Positions 19,792-30,534 are shown, counted from the first letter of the whole stretch. The stretch: DNA of 63,221 nucleotides, filler included, from 6 parts of 6 records of this genome joined end to end with filler, not necessarily neighbours in it; one strand, 5' to 3'. The notes: generated from the letters alone by a model not told the origin. Translations and numbers: made by a program.

Positions 19792-20831
19792 GGCGTTGTT
19801 GCGCTAATCCGGGAGGACTCATCTCGTGAATCTAGCATGCTAGCTGGGCAGCATGAACAGACCTCCGAAGATGAATGACAAGACCACCAACTGGCAAAGC
19901 TACAATCAGGCTGAGGCAGCGCGGATCACTGACCGTTTGGTTCGATCCCTTGATGCAGTGGGAGGCCATTTCGTCGGGGCGTCGCGGCCGTCTGCAGGCC
20001 TATAGCGACGCCGCGGTCCAGGCCTGCCTCACCCTCGAGATCCTCCTCCGGGTGCCGCTTCGCCAAACGGCCGGTTTCGTGGCGAGCCTGCTCGAACTGT
20101 CTGGGCTCGACTGGTCCATGCGGGACTTCGGCACTCTGTCACGCCGCCAGAAAACCTTGAATGGATTATCTGGCATCGAGGCTCGAAGGGGCAGCTGCAC
20201 CTGCTCGTGGACAGCACCGACATCAAGGTGCAAGAAGAAGGCGAGTGGTATACGCGTAAGCATGGCGGCTCGAAACGATGAGTGTGGCGGCAGATTCACC
20301 TCGGAATCGACGAGGAAACATTGGAAAACCGGGCCGTTGAGGCCACCAGCAATGTCGGCGATCCGCCGTTGCTGCCGGACCTGCTTTCATAGATCCCGGC
20401 GGAGGAGGAGATCGCGACCGTCACCGCCGACGGTGCCTATGACACCCGCGCCTGCCACGACGTCAACGCCGCGCGCGACGCTTCAGCTATCATCCCGCCG
20501 AGACGGAATGCCAAGCCATGGAAGCCGGACACAGCCGGTGCCCGGCGCGCAACGAGTTCCTGCGAGCATCGAAGCACTTGGGCCGGGCGCTATGGCGGAC
20601 TTGGAGCGGGTATCACCGCCGCAGCACGGTCGAAACAAATTGAACAGCGTGAAGCTGCTCGGCCAACGGTTGATGTCGCGGGACTTTGAGCGCTAGGGGG
20701 CAGAGGTCCAGATCAGCGCGCCAGTCCTCAACCGCTTCGCGGCCATCGGTATCCCGATGACCGTGGTCGCGGGATAAGTGTGCCTTGGGAAAGGGGAATT
20801 GCGATCATCAGCTGATTTCCGCAACAACGCC
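19792..20831 (+). mobile_element. IS5-family (IS903-group) element with a frameshifted transposase pseudogene
   Basis: Terminal IRs GGCGTTGTTGCGCTAATC / GGCGTTGTTGCGGAAATC (16/18), 1040 bp. LRQRGSLTVWFD, YSDAAVQACL, LRQTAGF, DFGTLSRRQK in one frame; the DGAYDT motif is in another frame. No target duplication seen. Confidence 0.9.
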
Positions 20832-20847
20832 CCCCTTTGCTGCAGGG

Positions 20848-21885
20848 TCACCTCGTTGTAGCAGAAAGGTCTCCAAGAGAGATCGTCGGCGTCATGACGT
20901 GGAGCTTCTGGCTCTCGGGTTTGCTGCCTTTGATTCTTTCCAGTATGAGCCGCACGGCGGTCTCACCGATCTCGCGCCGGGCGGTTCGTGAAGTGGCGAT
21001 CTTGCCGGGAAAGCCCTCGAGGAGGCTGAGGCCGTTAAATCCCGCCAGCGCGACCGCGTCCGGAACCTCTATGCCTGCGGCGATGCAATGGCACAATCCG
21101 CCAAAGGCAAGGTCATCGTTGGAAAAATAGATGCAATCGAGGGCGGGTTGACGTTCCAGCAGGCGGGCCGTCATGCGGCGCCCATCGTCGATGGCCGACA
21201 GCGCCGCCGCGCCGTCCTGCAAGTGCGGGCCTTCCATCGTGTCGATGAAGTCGAGGCCCCGTTCGCGCAAAGCATCTTGAAAGCCGTTCTTGCGCTTTGC
21301 GGCCCTTGCGTCCCTGTCGAGGTTGCGCCCTACATAGCCATAACGTCTCATACCAGTGCCAAGAAGCGCGGTTGCCATGTCGCGTCCGGCCCTCTTGTGC
21401 GAAAACCCGACACAGGCATCCACCGGGTCGCCGTCGATATCCATAAACTGGACAATGGGGATTTCCGCCTCGGTCAGCACTTTGCGGGTTTCTTCGGGCT
21501 GGTCGAGCCCGGCGACGATCAGCCCTGCTGGCCGCCATGACAGCATGTTCCGGATGACCTCGTATTCGACCGCAGGGTCATAGTCGGTTACGCCGAACAC
21601 CGGTTGCAGCGGGGTACCCTTCAGGGCGTCGGTCACGCCGGACATGACCTGCGGAAAGACGATGTTCGACAGGCTCGGCACCACCACCCCGATCAGATCG
21701 GAGCGCTTGCTGGACAACGATGCAGCTAGGTGATTCCCGTAGTAGCCGATCTCGCGCGCGACGCGCTTGACCTTCTCGACATTGGCCGCCGACACATCCT
21801 TGTCGCCGCGCAATGCGCGCGAGGCCGTCATCTTGCTTACTCCTGCCGCGGTCGCAACGTCGACCAAAGTCTTCCTTTTTTTCAA
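20848..21885 (-). CDS. LacI-family (GntR-like) transcriptional regulator
   Basis: TLVDVATAAGVSKMTASRAL, PSLSNIVF, FSNDDLAFG, AGFNG; divergent from otnK. Confidence 0.92.
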   Translation of the reverse strand: MKKRKTLVDVATAAGVSKMTASRALRGDKDVSAANVEKVKRVAREIGYYGNHLAASLSSKRSDLIGVVVPSLSNIVFPQVMSGVTDALKGTPLQPVFGVTDYDPAVEYEVIRNMLSWRPAGLIVAGLDQPEETRKVLTEAEIPIVQFMDIDGDPVDACVGFSHKRAGRDMATALLGTGMRRYGYVGRNLDRDARAAKRKNGFQDALRERGLDFIDTMEGPHLQDGAAALSAIDDGRRMTARLLERQPALDCIYFSNDDLAFGGLCHCIAAGIEVPDAVALAGFNGLSLLEGFPGKIATSRTARREIGETAVRLILERIKGSKPESQKLHVMTPTISLGDLSATTR

Positions 21886-21986
21886 TAGGATGTTTCCCTG
21901 CCCTGCGCCCGGTTTTTTGGCGCAACCTTTGCTCCGGCATCCCGAATGGCGGAGCTTTTCATTGACTCACTTTCGCAAGTCATGTC

Positions 21987-22016
21987 ACTGGTATCAATAC
22001 CGGTATCGATACCAGT
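21987..22016. promoter_or_regulatory. 30-bp near-perfect palindrome, candidate operator of the adjacent LacI/GntR-like regulator
   Basis: ACTGGTATCAATACCGGTATCGATACCAGT has a TACCGGTA core and contains GGTATCAATACC and GGTATCGATACC in tandem. Confidence 0.65.
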
Positions 22017-22254
22017 ATTGGTGTGTCGTGGGGTAGAGGTCGAGGCGTCGCACTGTAAAGCCTTTGCAGAAGCCAATCGCGGGCACTCAATCCGGGTGCT
22101 CAAGGGGAGAGGCATGACAATCCAGTTTCAGTAGCACCCCGGGGTGACCTGCCTGCCGAGCCTCTCCCACGCCTCGACAGTATTGCCAGGACGGCCTCCG
22201 AGTTGGACGATTAGGCCATAGCGGCGCGATGTGGGGGTCTACCAACCGTTCGAC

Positions 22255-22344
22255 GGGATGGGGCGCAGCCGGGAAGCCGATGCTGCGGCCGAAAGGAACT
22301 ATGCCCGCAATGCCGGGCTCACATTGCCGGGAGAAATGAGATGA
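22255..22344 (+). pseudogene. ltnD: C-terminal remnant of L-threonate dehydrogenase
   Basis: GMGRSREADAAAERNYARNAGLTLPGEMR* resembles the LtnD C-terminus as recalled. Its stop overlaps the otnK ATG (ATGA), the usual ltnD position. Confidence 0.6.
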
Positions 22345-23609
22345 CGACCGTCCTTGGATGCATTGCCGACGATTTTACAGGGGCGACCGATCTGGCTGGG
22401 CTCTTGGCGCGTAGTGGCGTGCGGGTGTCGCTCAGGATCGGAGTGCCCTCCGATGTGCCGATCGATCCTGCGGCCTTCGAAGTGATAGCGCTTAAATCGC
22501 GCACTGCGCCGGTGGAGGAAGCCGTGTCAGAGAGCCGCGCCGCGTTGAAATGGCTAAAAGAGGCCGGGGCGCAGAGGTTCTTCTGGAAATACTGTTCGAC
22601 CTTCGACAGCACAGCGGAGGGGAATATTGGTCCCGTCGCTGAAGCGCTGATGGAAGATCTGCACACCGATCAGACGATCTATTGTCCGGCTTTTCCAGAA
22701 AACGGGCGCTCGATCTTCATGGGCAACCTGTTTGTCGGCCAGCAGCCGTTGGCAGAAAGCCCAATGAAAGACCATCCGCTGACGCCGATGCGCGACAGCA
22801 ATCTGGTGCGGCTTTTGGAGCCGCAGCTCACCAAACCTGTAGGACTGGCCAACAGGTTGACGGTCGCCAGGGGGCCGCAGGCGTTGCGGGCAGAATTGGA
22901 TGCCCTGAAGACGCAGGGGGTGGCCCATGTCGTGATTGATGCAGTGGCTAACGAAGATTTGGCGGTGATCGCCGAAGCGTGCCGCAGCATGCCGCTAATT
23001 ACGGGTGGCAGCGCGGTAGCGATGCCCTTGCCTGCGCTCTATCTGGCCGATGGCACGCTGTCGGCGGATGCGCCAAAAGCCCAAGCTCCCCAGCCGGGTG
23101 CCGGGACCATTGTGCTCTCGGGAAGTTGCTCGGCCATGACCAACAAACAGGTGGCAGATTACACCAGTCGTGGCGTGCCGGCGTTCCAGCTCGATCCGCT
23201 GGCGCTGGCCGAGAACGGCCCACAAAAAGTGCTCGACTGGCTGGCGGCGCAGGACCTGAGCCAAGCCCCGCTGATCTATGCAACCGCCAACCCCGCCAGC
23301 GTGCGCGCGGCGCAGGAAAGGCTTGGTGTCGCTGGCGCGGGCGAGATCGTCGAAGCGACGCTCTCGGCCTGTGCCGTGGCGGCGCGCGACAGGGGGGCGC
23401 GGCGGGTGATCGTCGCGGGCGGCGAGACCTCGGGCGCAGTGACCAAGGCGCTTGCGGTCAACCAGTTGGACATCGGCGCCGAGATCGCGCCGGGTGTGCC
23501 CTGGACCTACTGCACCTCCGGTGGGCACCAGATCGCACTGACATTGAAATCCGGCAACTTCGGTTCTGAGACCTTCTTTAGCGATGCACAGGAAAGGCTC
23601 GCATCATGA
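22341..23609 (+). CDS. otnK: 3-oxo-tetronate kinase (DUF1537 four-carbon acid sugar kinase)
   Basis: LGCIADDFTGATDL, ALKSRT, KYCSTFDST, LSGSCS, VAGGETSG, LKSGNFG. Confidence 0.92.
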   Translation: MTTVLGCIADDFTGATDLAGLLARSGVRVSLRIGVPSDVPIDPAAFEVIALKSRTAPVEEAVSESRAALKWLKEAGAQRFFWKYCSTFDSTAEGNIGPVAEALMEDLHTDQTIYCPAFPENGRSIFMGNLFVGQQPLAESPMKDHPLTPMRDSNLVRLLEPQLTKPVGLANRLTVARGPQALRAELDALKTQGVAHVVIDAVANEDLAVIAEACRSMPLITGGSAVAMPLPALYLADGTLSADAPKAQAPQPGAGTIVLSGSCSAMTNKQVADYTSRGVPAFQLDPLALAENGPQKVLDWLAAQDLSQAPLIYATANPASVRAAQERLGVAGAGEIVEATLSACAVAARDRGARRVIVAGGETSGAVTKALAVNQLDIGAEIAPGVPWTYCTSGGHQIALTLKSGNFGSETFFSDAQERLAS

Positions 23610-23715
23610 GCACCGAGACCCATCTACGCGAACAGATCTGCCTCTTGGCCAAGTCGATGTTCGACCGGGGCCTGACCGGCGGCAGCACCGGCAACATCTC
23701 GGCCCGGACCGAGGA
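23606..23715 (+). CDS. otnC: 3-oxo-tetronate 4-phosphate decarboxylase (class II aldolase family), 5' fragment
   Basis: MSTETHLREQICLLAKSMFDRGLTGGSTGNISART; ATGA overlap with otnK; cut by the contig end. Confidence 0.82.
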
Positions 23716-23815
23716 NNNNNNNNNNNNNNNNNNNNNNNNNNNNNNNNNNNNNNNNNNNNTTAATTAATTAANNNNNNNNNNNNNNNNNNNNNNNNNNNNN
23801 NNNNNNNNNNNNNNN
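23716..23815. other. Artificial contig spacer
   Basis: N-run with central TTAATTAATTAA. Confidence 0.99.
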
Positions 23816-24364
23816 CATGACCAGATCGAAGCCATGACGCTGGCCAGCCGGATCGTGGTGATGAAAGACGGTGTGGTCCAGCAGATCGGCACGCCGCAGG
23901 AGATCTACAACAAGCCGGTGAATGCCTTTGTCGCGGACTTCATGGGCGCACCGTCCATGAACCTGATGACCGGCACCGCTACACGCGAGGGTGACCATCT
24001 CCGGCTGCAGATCCCGACACCGGAAGGACCGCCGCTGGAACTGTTCGACTATGGTCCGGGGCCGGAAGCGCTGTCCGCCGGCGGTACGGCAGAGCTCACC
24101 ATCGGCCTTCGCCCGGAGGCGATGACGGATCTTGGCTTGCGGTCCGGTGGTATCGACGGCCGCAGCCTGCAAAGCGCCGATTGCCTTCTGGACGTGGTCG
24201 AACCGGCCGGCGCCGACACCTATGCGGTCATTCAACTTGGCGGAACGGAAGCCGTTGCCCGGCTGTCGGCGGATGCGCCGGTCACCGCCGGTCAGCGCGT
24301 TCCGATCGCTTTCGACCTTTCCAAGATTTCCTATTTCGACATTGTATCGGGTAACCGCCTATGA
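23816..24364 (+). CDS. Sugar ABC transporter ATP-binding protein (MalK/UgpC type), 3' part
   Basis: [41 protein letters not shown]-like C-terminus; 5' end cut by the contig start. Confidence 0.9.
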   Translation, partial: HDQIEAMTLASRIVVMKDGVVQQIGTPQEIYNKPVNAFVADFMGAPSMNLMTGTATREGDHLRLQIPTPEGPPLELFDYGPGPEALSAGGTAELTIGLRPEAMTDLGLRSGGIDGRSLQSADCLLDVVEPAGADTYAVIQLGGTEAVARLSADAPVTAGQRVPIAFDLSKISYFDIVSGNRL

Positions 24365-25314
24365 GCATTCAACGAGGCCTTGCCGCCGACATCGGCGGCA
24401 CCAACACCCGGCTGGCACTGGTCGAAAACGGCCGCGTTCTGGAAAACACCATCGCGCGGTTCCGCAATGCGGATTTCGAAACACCGGAAGCGGCCATCGG
24501 CACCTATCTTTCGGAAGCCGGGCGACCGGCCTGTGCGTCTGCCGTCATCGCCATCGCGGCCCCCATCGATGGCCCCGCGATCCGCATGACAAACCATCCC
24601 TGGACCTTCAGTGCCGACTGCATCGGCAAGGTTCTGGGCGGAGCGAACATTACCTTCCTGAACGATTTCGAGGCGCTCGCCTATTCTCTGGACAAGGTCC
24701 CAACGGAGCGGCTTCAGCCCGTCTATGAACCGAGCCAGAAACTGCGCAGCAACGCCACGCGCCTCGTCGTCGGCGCGGGGACCGGTTTCAATGCTGCCGC
24801 CCTGTTTCAGACACCTGCCGGATTTCATGTCGGCACCGGCGAATGCGGTCACTCGACTTTGCCGGTCGAAACCGAAGACGAACTTCGTCTCTGGAATTAC
24901 CTCGCGCTCAACCGCGGGCGCGCCTCCGTCGAACGGGCGCTGTCGGGAAGCGGTCTCAAGGAAATTCACGAGTGGTATTGTCTGGAGCAGGGCCTGTCGC
25001 CGCGCGACTTGTCACCGGCTGAGATTGCGGAGCGCGCCAATTCCGGGTCCGATCCGCTTTGCGTTTCCGCTGCTCGGCAATGGGTGACATTTCTCGGCCG
25101 AGTGATTGGCGACCTCTCGCTGGTGTTCCTGTCCCTTGGCGGCATCGTGCTGACAGGCGGTGTCACCCGAAGCCTGGCAAGGTTCCTGGCAGAACCGGAA
25201 TTCATCAATGCCTTTTGCGCGAAGGGCCGCCAGCAAAAGCTGGTTTCCGGCATTCCGGTTCATCTGCTTGATGACGATTTCGCAGCTCTGGCGGGGTGTG
25301 CGTCGCGGATGTAA
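24361..25314 (+). CDS. glk: Glucokinase-family sugar kinase
   Basis: [35 protein letters not shown]. Confidence 0.85.
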   Translation: MSIQRGLAADIGGTNTRLALVENGRVLENTIARFRNADFETPEAAIGTYLSEAGRPACASAVIAIAAPIDGPAIRMTNHPWTFSADCIGKVLGGANITFLNDFEALAYSLDKVPTERLQPVYEPSQKLRSNATRLVVGAGTGFNAAALFQTPAGFHVGTGECGHSTLPVETEDELRLWNYLALNRGRASVERALSGSGLKEIHEWYCLEQGLSPRDLSPAEIAERANSGSDPLCVSAARQWVTFLGRVIGDLSLVFLSLGGIVLTGGVTRSLARFLAEPEFINAFCAKGRQQKLVSGIPVHLLDDDFAALAGCASRM

Positions 25315-25328
25315 GCGTCACCACACGA

Positions 25329-26249
25329 TCAGGAACTCAGCCCCAGCTCCTCGATCACGGTCTGGACCGCCAGACGAAAAACCTGTTCCTCGGCTCCCGG
25401 CTGGGTGCCCGGACGGGTCATCAGCCCGACCGGCCCCTTTGTCATGTCGGTGTCGAACGGCAGGCGGACCAGGTGGCCGTCGGCGGTTTCGTTCTGCACC
25501 ACGCCGGATGAAATGATCCAGACCGCGTCGGTCCGGCGGGTATAGACCCTGCCGAAAGCACCCGAGACCGTTTCGATCTTGTTCGGGATCTCGCCGACGC
25601 CGTTGGCGATCATGAAGCGCTCGACCAGCGGCCGGATCGCCGCGCCTTCCGGCGGATAGAGAACGGGCCATTCGACAATACGCTTGATATCCGGCCTTTC
25701 CAGAAGCGGGTGCCCGACCCGGACGATCACATCGACCCGCTCCGAATAGAGCTGGGTGAAGGAAACGCCTTCCATGGACACCGGCCTGCCGAGTCGGCCG
25801 ATCACCAGGTCGAGTTCACCCATCTTCAGCCGTTCGATCAGGTAGCCGTGCGGGCCGTCCATGATCTGGACCATGACATGAGGTGCCAGTTCGGAAAACT
25901 CCTTGATGACCGGGGGCATGAAGCTGGCCGCGACACTCGGCAGAACGCCCACCTTCAAGGTCGCACGAGCGTGTTCGCCTTCCTTCTCGACCCCGTCCAG
26001 GCCTTGCTGCAGGCTCGCCAGCGAGATCTGCGCGAAATGCAGAAACACCTTGCCCTGCTTGGTCAGCGCGATGCCGGCCCGGTTTCGCGTCATCAGGCTG
26101 GCGCCGATGATATCTTCCAGTTCCTTGAGCGTTTTGGAGATCGCCGGCTGGGTGAGATTCAACTTGTCGGCAGCCAGTTTCAGGCTGCGTTCCTGCGCAA
26201 TCTCCACGAAGCACTGGATGTGCCGGAACTTGATGCGTCGGTCGATCAT
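25329..26249 (-). CDS. pcaQ: LysR-type pca operon regulator
   Basis: MIDRRIKFRHIQCF, LTQPAISKTLKELE; divergent from pobA-pca. Confidence 0.92.
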   Translation of the reverse strand: MIDRRIKFRHIQCFVEIAQERSLKLAADKLNLTQPAISKTLKELEDIIGASLMTRNRAGIALTKQGKVFLHFAQISLASLQQGLDGVEKEGEHARATLKVGVLPSVAASFMPPVIKEFSELAPHVMVQIMDGPHGYLIERLKMGELDLVIGRLGRPVSMEGVSFTQLYSERVDVIVRVGHPLLERPDIKRIVEWPVLYPPEGAAIRPLVERFMIANGVGEIPNKIETVSGAFGRVYTRRTDAVWIISSGVVQNETADGHLVRLPFDTDMTKGPVGLMTRPGTQPGAEEQVFRLAVQTVIEELGLSS

Positions 26250-26341
26250 TTAATTTCTCATTTTGGAAAGAAAGAAGCCGAATATCTCATTTTACTTCCC
26301 AATTTTGATCATTCAATATCAATTCAACAAGGGAGGATCGG

Positions 26342-27511
26342 ATGCGAACTCAGGTTGTCATTGTCGGCGGTGGACCGTCCGGCCTGCTACTCGGGCAGCT
26401 TCTTCATCTGAAGGGCATCGAGACCATCATTCTGGAGCGCAAGACGCGTGAATATGTACTTGGCCGCATCAGGGCCGGCATTCTGGAAACGGGTCTCGTC
26501 AACATGATGCGCGAGGCAGGCGTGGCCGAGCGGATGGACAAGGAATGCTTCGTCCATGACGGCACCTGCATCTCGTACGAAAACGAGATGTTCGACATCA
26601 ACTTCCAGAAGCTGATCGGCCAGAATGTCGTCGTCTACGGCCAGACGGAAGTCACGCGTGATCTTTATGACGCCCGCGATGCGGTTGGCGGTCAGACGAT
26701 TTTCGAGGTCGAGGGGGTCGAGATCCGCGATGCGGACACGGACGCGCCCTATGTCACCTTTACCGTGGACGGCAGCGCGCGGCGCATCGACTGCGATTTC
26801 GTGGCGGGCTGTGACGGGTTCCACGGCGTCAGCCGCAAGACCATTCCCGACACCGTGCGCAAGGACTACGAGAAGGTGTTTCCCTTCGGCTGGCTGGGCG
26901 TTCTGTCCGAGACGCCGCCGGTGCATGAAGAACTGATCTATGCCAATTCGGCACGCGGCTTCGCGCTTTGCTCCATGCGTAACGAAAACCTGTCGCGCTA
27001 CTACGTCCAGTGCAATGTCAGCGACGACATTTTCGAATGGACCGACGAGAAGTTCTGGGACGAACTGAGACGCCGGCTGCCGGAAGCGGTTGCCGACAAG
27101 CTGGTGACCGGACCCTCTATCGAGAAATCCATTGCCCCGCTCAGGTCCTTCGTGTGCGAGCCGATGCGCTGGGGCCGTCTGTTCCTGTGCGGCGATGCCG
27201 CCCATATCGTGCCGCCAACAGGCGCCAAGGGCCTCAACACCGCTGCCTCCGACGTGCATTACCTCTATGAGGGTCTGGTGCATTACTATCAGGACAAGGA
27301 CAGCCACGGCATCGATACCTATTCGGAGAAAGCCCTGGCACGGATCTGGAAAGCGGAGCGTTTCAGCTGGGCGACCACCAACATGCTGCACCGGTTCCCG
27401 GATCAGTCTGATTTCGATCTGAAGATGCAGCGGGCGGAAATCGAGTCTCTGCATCACAATGAAACCGCGCAGAAGTGGTTTGCGCAGAACTATGTGGGAC
27501 TGCCCTACTGA
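26342..27511 (+). CDS. pobA: 4-hydroxybenzoate 3-monooxygenase
   Basis: GGGPSG, RIRAGILE, GCDGFHG, SIAPLRSFV, GDAAHIVPPTGAKGLN. Confidence 0.97.
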   Translation: MRTQVVIVGGGPSGLLLGQLLHLKGIETIILERKTREYVLGRIRAGILETGLVNMMREAGVAERMDKECFVHDGTCISYENEMFDINFQKLIGQNVVVYGQTEVTRDLYDARDAVGGQTIFEVEGVEIRDADTDAPYVTFTVDGSARRIDCDFVAGCDGFHGVSRKTIPDTVRKDYEKVFPFGWLGVLSETPPVHEELIYANSARGFALCSMRNENLSRYYVQCNVSDDIFEWTDEKFWDELRRRLPEAVADKLVTGPSIEKSIAPLRSFVCEPMRWGRLFLCGDAAHIVPPTGAKGLNTAASDVHYLYEGLVHYYQDKDSHGIDTYSEKALARIWKAERFSWATTNMLHRFPDQSDFDLKMQRAEIESLHHNETAQKWFAQNYVGLPY

Positions 27512-28302
27512 TGAAGATCGCGCGACTGCCTTATGCCGACATTCACTGGCGCGAAGATGGCGACCCGGACGGCACGCCCGTCGTCTTCGCCAATTCGCTC
27601 GGCACGGAATTGCGGCTCTGGGACAAGGTCATCGACCTTCTGCCGGAAACAGGCCTCCGGCTGATCCGCTTCGACAAGCGCGGTCACGGGCTGTCCTCCT
27701 GCCCTGAGAGCCCCTATTCCATGGACGATCTCGCCAACGACACGCAACAGCTGCTCGATCACCTTCAGATCGGCTCCTGTGTTTTTGTCGGGCTTTCCAT
27801 CGGCGGCATGATCGGTCAGCTCCTTTCGCACCGGCAGCCGGAACGCATCAAGGGTCTGGTGCTGTCCAACACCGGCGCGAAAATGGGCGAAGCCGCCATG
27901 TGGCAAGACCGGATTGCCCGGATCCGTGCAGGCGGTATCGAGAGCCTTGCCGATGCCATTCTGGAGCGCTGGTTTTCGGAAGATTTCCGCCAGACGGCCG
28001 AATGCCTGGCCTGGCGCCACATGCTGGTTCGCACGCCGACAGAGGGTTACATCGGCTGCTGCGAGGCAATAGCCGGTGCAGATCTGACGGACAGCACGTC
28101 CGGGCTTCGCCTGCCTGTGCTGGGCATCGGCGGCAGCGAGGACCTCGCCAGCCCACCGGCCATGGTGCGCGGCACGGCGGACCTCATCGCCGGCAGCCGC
28201 TACGTTGAAATTTCCGGTGCGGGCCATCTGCCCTGCGTCGAAAAGCCGGATGTCTTTGCCGGCCATCTCATGACTTTCCTGAAGGAGGACCTCCATGTCT
28301 GA
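27511..28302 (+). CDS. pcaD: 3-oxoadipate enol-lactonase
   Basis: FANSLGT, DKRGHG, GLSIGG nucleophile; TGATG overlap with pobA. Confidence 0.93.
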   Translation: MKIARLPYADIHWREDGDPDGTPVVFANSLGTELRLWDKVIDLLPETGLRLIRFDKRGHGLSSCPESPYSMDDLANDTQQLLDHLQIGSCVFVGLSIGGMIGQLLSHRQPERIKGLVLSNTGAKMGEAAMWQDRIARIRAGGIESLADAILERWFSEDFRQTAECLAWRHMLVRTPTEGYIGCCEAIAGADLTDSTSGLRLPVLGIGGSEDLASPPAMVRGTADLIAGSRYVEISGAGHLPCVEKPDVFAGHLMTFLKEDLHV

Positions 28303-28699
28303 GCGTTTTGAAACCGGCATGAAGGTCAGGCGATCCGTGCTTGGCGATGAACATGTCGACCGGGCGGAAGCCGCCAAGACGCCACTTGACGAACCATTCC
28401 AGACCCTGATCACCGAGGGTGCCTGGGGCACGGTTTGGGCGTCGGACGGCATCAGTCCGCGGGAGCGTTCGATGCTGACGCTCGCCCTTCTGGCGGCACT
28501 CGGCAATTTCGAGGAGATTGCCATGCATATCCGGGCAACCGCCCGCACCGGCGCCAGCAAGCAGGACGTGCTCGAGGCGTTTCAGCATGTGGCGGTCTAT
28601 GCGGGCGTGCCACGTGCCAACCAGGCGCTCAAGATCGCCAAGGAAACTTACGCCGAAATGGAACGCAGCGGCCAGAAGCTGACCGCGACAGGCGGTTAA
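28295..28699 (+). CDS. pcaC: 4-carboxymuconolactone decarboxylase
   Basis: [33 protein letters not shown]. Confidence 0.93.
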   Translation: MSERFETGMKVRRSVLGDEHVDRAEAAKTPLDEPFQTLITEGAWGTVWASDGISPRERSMLTLALLAALGNFEEIAMHIRATARTGASKQDVLEAFQHVAVYAGVPRANQALKIAKETYAEMERSGQKLTATGG

Positions 28700-28712
28700 C
28701 GGAGGAAAATCG

Positions 28713-29441
28713 ATGTTGAAACCCGGACCTTTCTATCAGCGGGACCGCGAGTGGCATCCGCCTGCACATACGCCGGATTACAAGACCAGCGTGTCGCGCT
28801 CGCCGCAATATTCGATGATCAGCCTGGAAAACAACGTCAGCGAGATCACCGGGCCGACCTTCGGCCATAACGATATCGACCCGCTCGACAAGGACCTGAT
28901 CTACAACTACGCGAAGGCGGGTGAAAGCGCGATCGGCGAGCGGATCATCCTGCATGGCCGGGTGCTGGACGAGAACGCGAAGCCGATCCCGAACACCCTG
29001 GTGGAGATCTGGCAGGCCAATGCGGGCGGACGCTACCGGCACAAGAAGGACACCTATCTTGCGCCCATCGACCCGAATTTCGGCGGCTGCGGCCGCACCC
29101 TGACCGACGAGAACGGCTACTACTATTTCCGCACGATCAAACCGGGCGCCTACCCCTGGCGGAACTGGGTGAACAACTGGCGGCCGGCCCATATCCACAT
29201 GTCTATCTTCGGCACTGCCTTCTGTCAGCGCCTGATCACCCAATGCTACTTCGAGGGCGATCCGCTCATTCCGAAATGCCCGATCGTGAACACCATTCCC
29301 GATCCGGCGGCCATCGAGCAACTGGTCGCCAAGCTCGACCTCAATGCCACCATCCCGCTGGACACGATCGCCTACAAGTTCGACATCGTCCTGCGCGGAC
29401 GCCGCTCGACCCTGTTTGAAAACCGGCCGGAGGGGAACTGA
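28713..29441 (+). CDS. pcaH: Protocatechuate 3,4-dioxygenase beta subunit
   Basis: [35 protein letters not shown]. Confidence 0.96.
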   Translation: MLKPGPFYQRDREWHPPAHTPDYKTSVSRSPQYSMISLENNVSEITGPTFGHNDIDPLDKDLIYNYAKAGESAIGERIILHGRVLDENAKPIPNTLVEIWQANAGGRYRHKKDTYLAPIDPNFGGCGRTLTDENGYYYFRTIKPGAYPWRNWVNNWRPAHIHMSIFGTAFCQRLITQCYFEGDPLIPKCPIVNTIPDPAAIEQLVAKLDLNATIPLDTIAYKFDIVLRGRRSTLFENRPEGN

Positions 29442-29443
29442 TC

Positions 29444-29790
29444 ATGACGCAGCAACTCGACTATCTGAAGGAAACGCCTTCCCAGACGGCCGGACCTTAC
29501 GTTCATATCGGCCTCGCGCCAGGCGCCGCCGGTTTCGACATCTATCGGCAGGAACTGGGCTGGGATATCGCAGGCCCCAATGCCAAGGGTGAGCGCATTC
29601 GTGTGGAAGGTGTCGTCATCGATGGCATGGGCTCGCCGATCAAGGACGTGATGCTGGAAACCTGGCAGGCCAACAGCGAGGGCATTTACGCCCATCCTGA
29701 ACATGCCGGCGACGTGGAAGACGGGTTTCGCGGCTGGGGCCGTGTCATCACCGATTTCGACACCGGCGAATGGGGGTTCGACACGGTCAA
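29444..29790 (+). CDS. pcaG: Protocatechuate 3,4-dioxygenase alpha subunit, 3' truncated
   Basis: KETPSQTAGPYVHIGL, ETWQAN, GFRGWGR. Confidence 0.95.
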
Positions 29791-29890
29791 NNNNNNNNNN
29801 NNNNNNNNNNNNNNNNNNNNNNNNNNNNNNNNNNTTAATTAATTAANNNNNNNNNNNNNNNNNNNNNNNNNNNNNNNNNNNNNNNNNNNN
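29791..29890. other. Artificial contig spacer
   Basis: N-run with central TTAATTAATTAA. Confidence 0.99.
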
Positions 29891-30521
29891 CATCCCAATT
29901 GATCGTGCGCCCATCCAATCTTGGTGGAGTGCCCGTTTTGAGCCGCCCCATAGGCAGATCAAACTTGTCGATGGTTTCGGCCAGCTTGTTCGAAGCCTTG
30001 TCGCCCATCCTGCCACCAGACCGCGAAACCTCACCGATATGAATGACGCCCCGCAGGAATGTGCCAGTTGTGAGGATCACGGCATCTGCCGTAATTGATT
30101 GTCCATCTGCCAGAATAACACCGCCAACCGTTCCATCCTCGACAATCAGATCGGTGACTTCACCTTCAACAACACTCAGGTTTTCCTGGCTTTTGATCTC
30201 CGCCAACATTTGGGTACGGTAGATTTTTCGGTCCGCCTGTGCCCGCGGGCCTTGCACAGCGGGGCCTTTGCGACGGTTCAGCAAACGGAACTGAATACCG
30301 GCCTTATCCGCAACGCGGGCCATCACGCCATCCATGGCGTCAATCTCACGCACGAGATGTCCCTTGCCAAGCCCGCCAATCGCCGGATTACAAGACATCA
30401 CACCAATCCCGGCTTCTGTCATAGTTACAAGCGCGGTGTTCGCTGACATCCGAGCCGCGGCATGCGCAGCTTCAGCCCCCGCGTGACCCCCGCCAATAAC
30501 AATGACCTCAAAATGTTTCAC
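29891..30521 (-). CDS. mnmG: tRNA uridine-5-carboxymethylaminomethyl modification enzyme, 3' truncated
   Basis: [51 protein letters not shown] start at 30521, 8 nt after SD GGAG. Confidence 0.96.
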
Positions 30522-30529
30522 GTGAAACA
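30514..30529. promoter_or_regulatory. parS: parS centromere site
   Basis: Perfect palindrome TGTTTCACGTGAAACA overlapping the mnmG start codon. Confidence 0.93.
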
Positions 30530-30534
30530 CTCCA

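Noticed and set aside
26250-26341. PcaQ operator in the pcaQ-pobA intergenic region
   Set aside because: Expected by position, but I found no clear match to the rhizobial PcaQ dyad as I recall it, only a weak TTTC...GAAA dyad.
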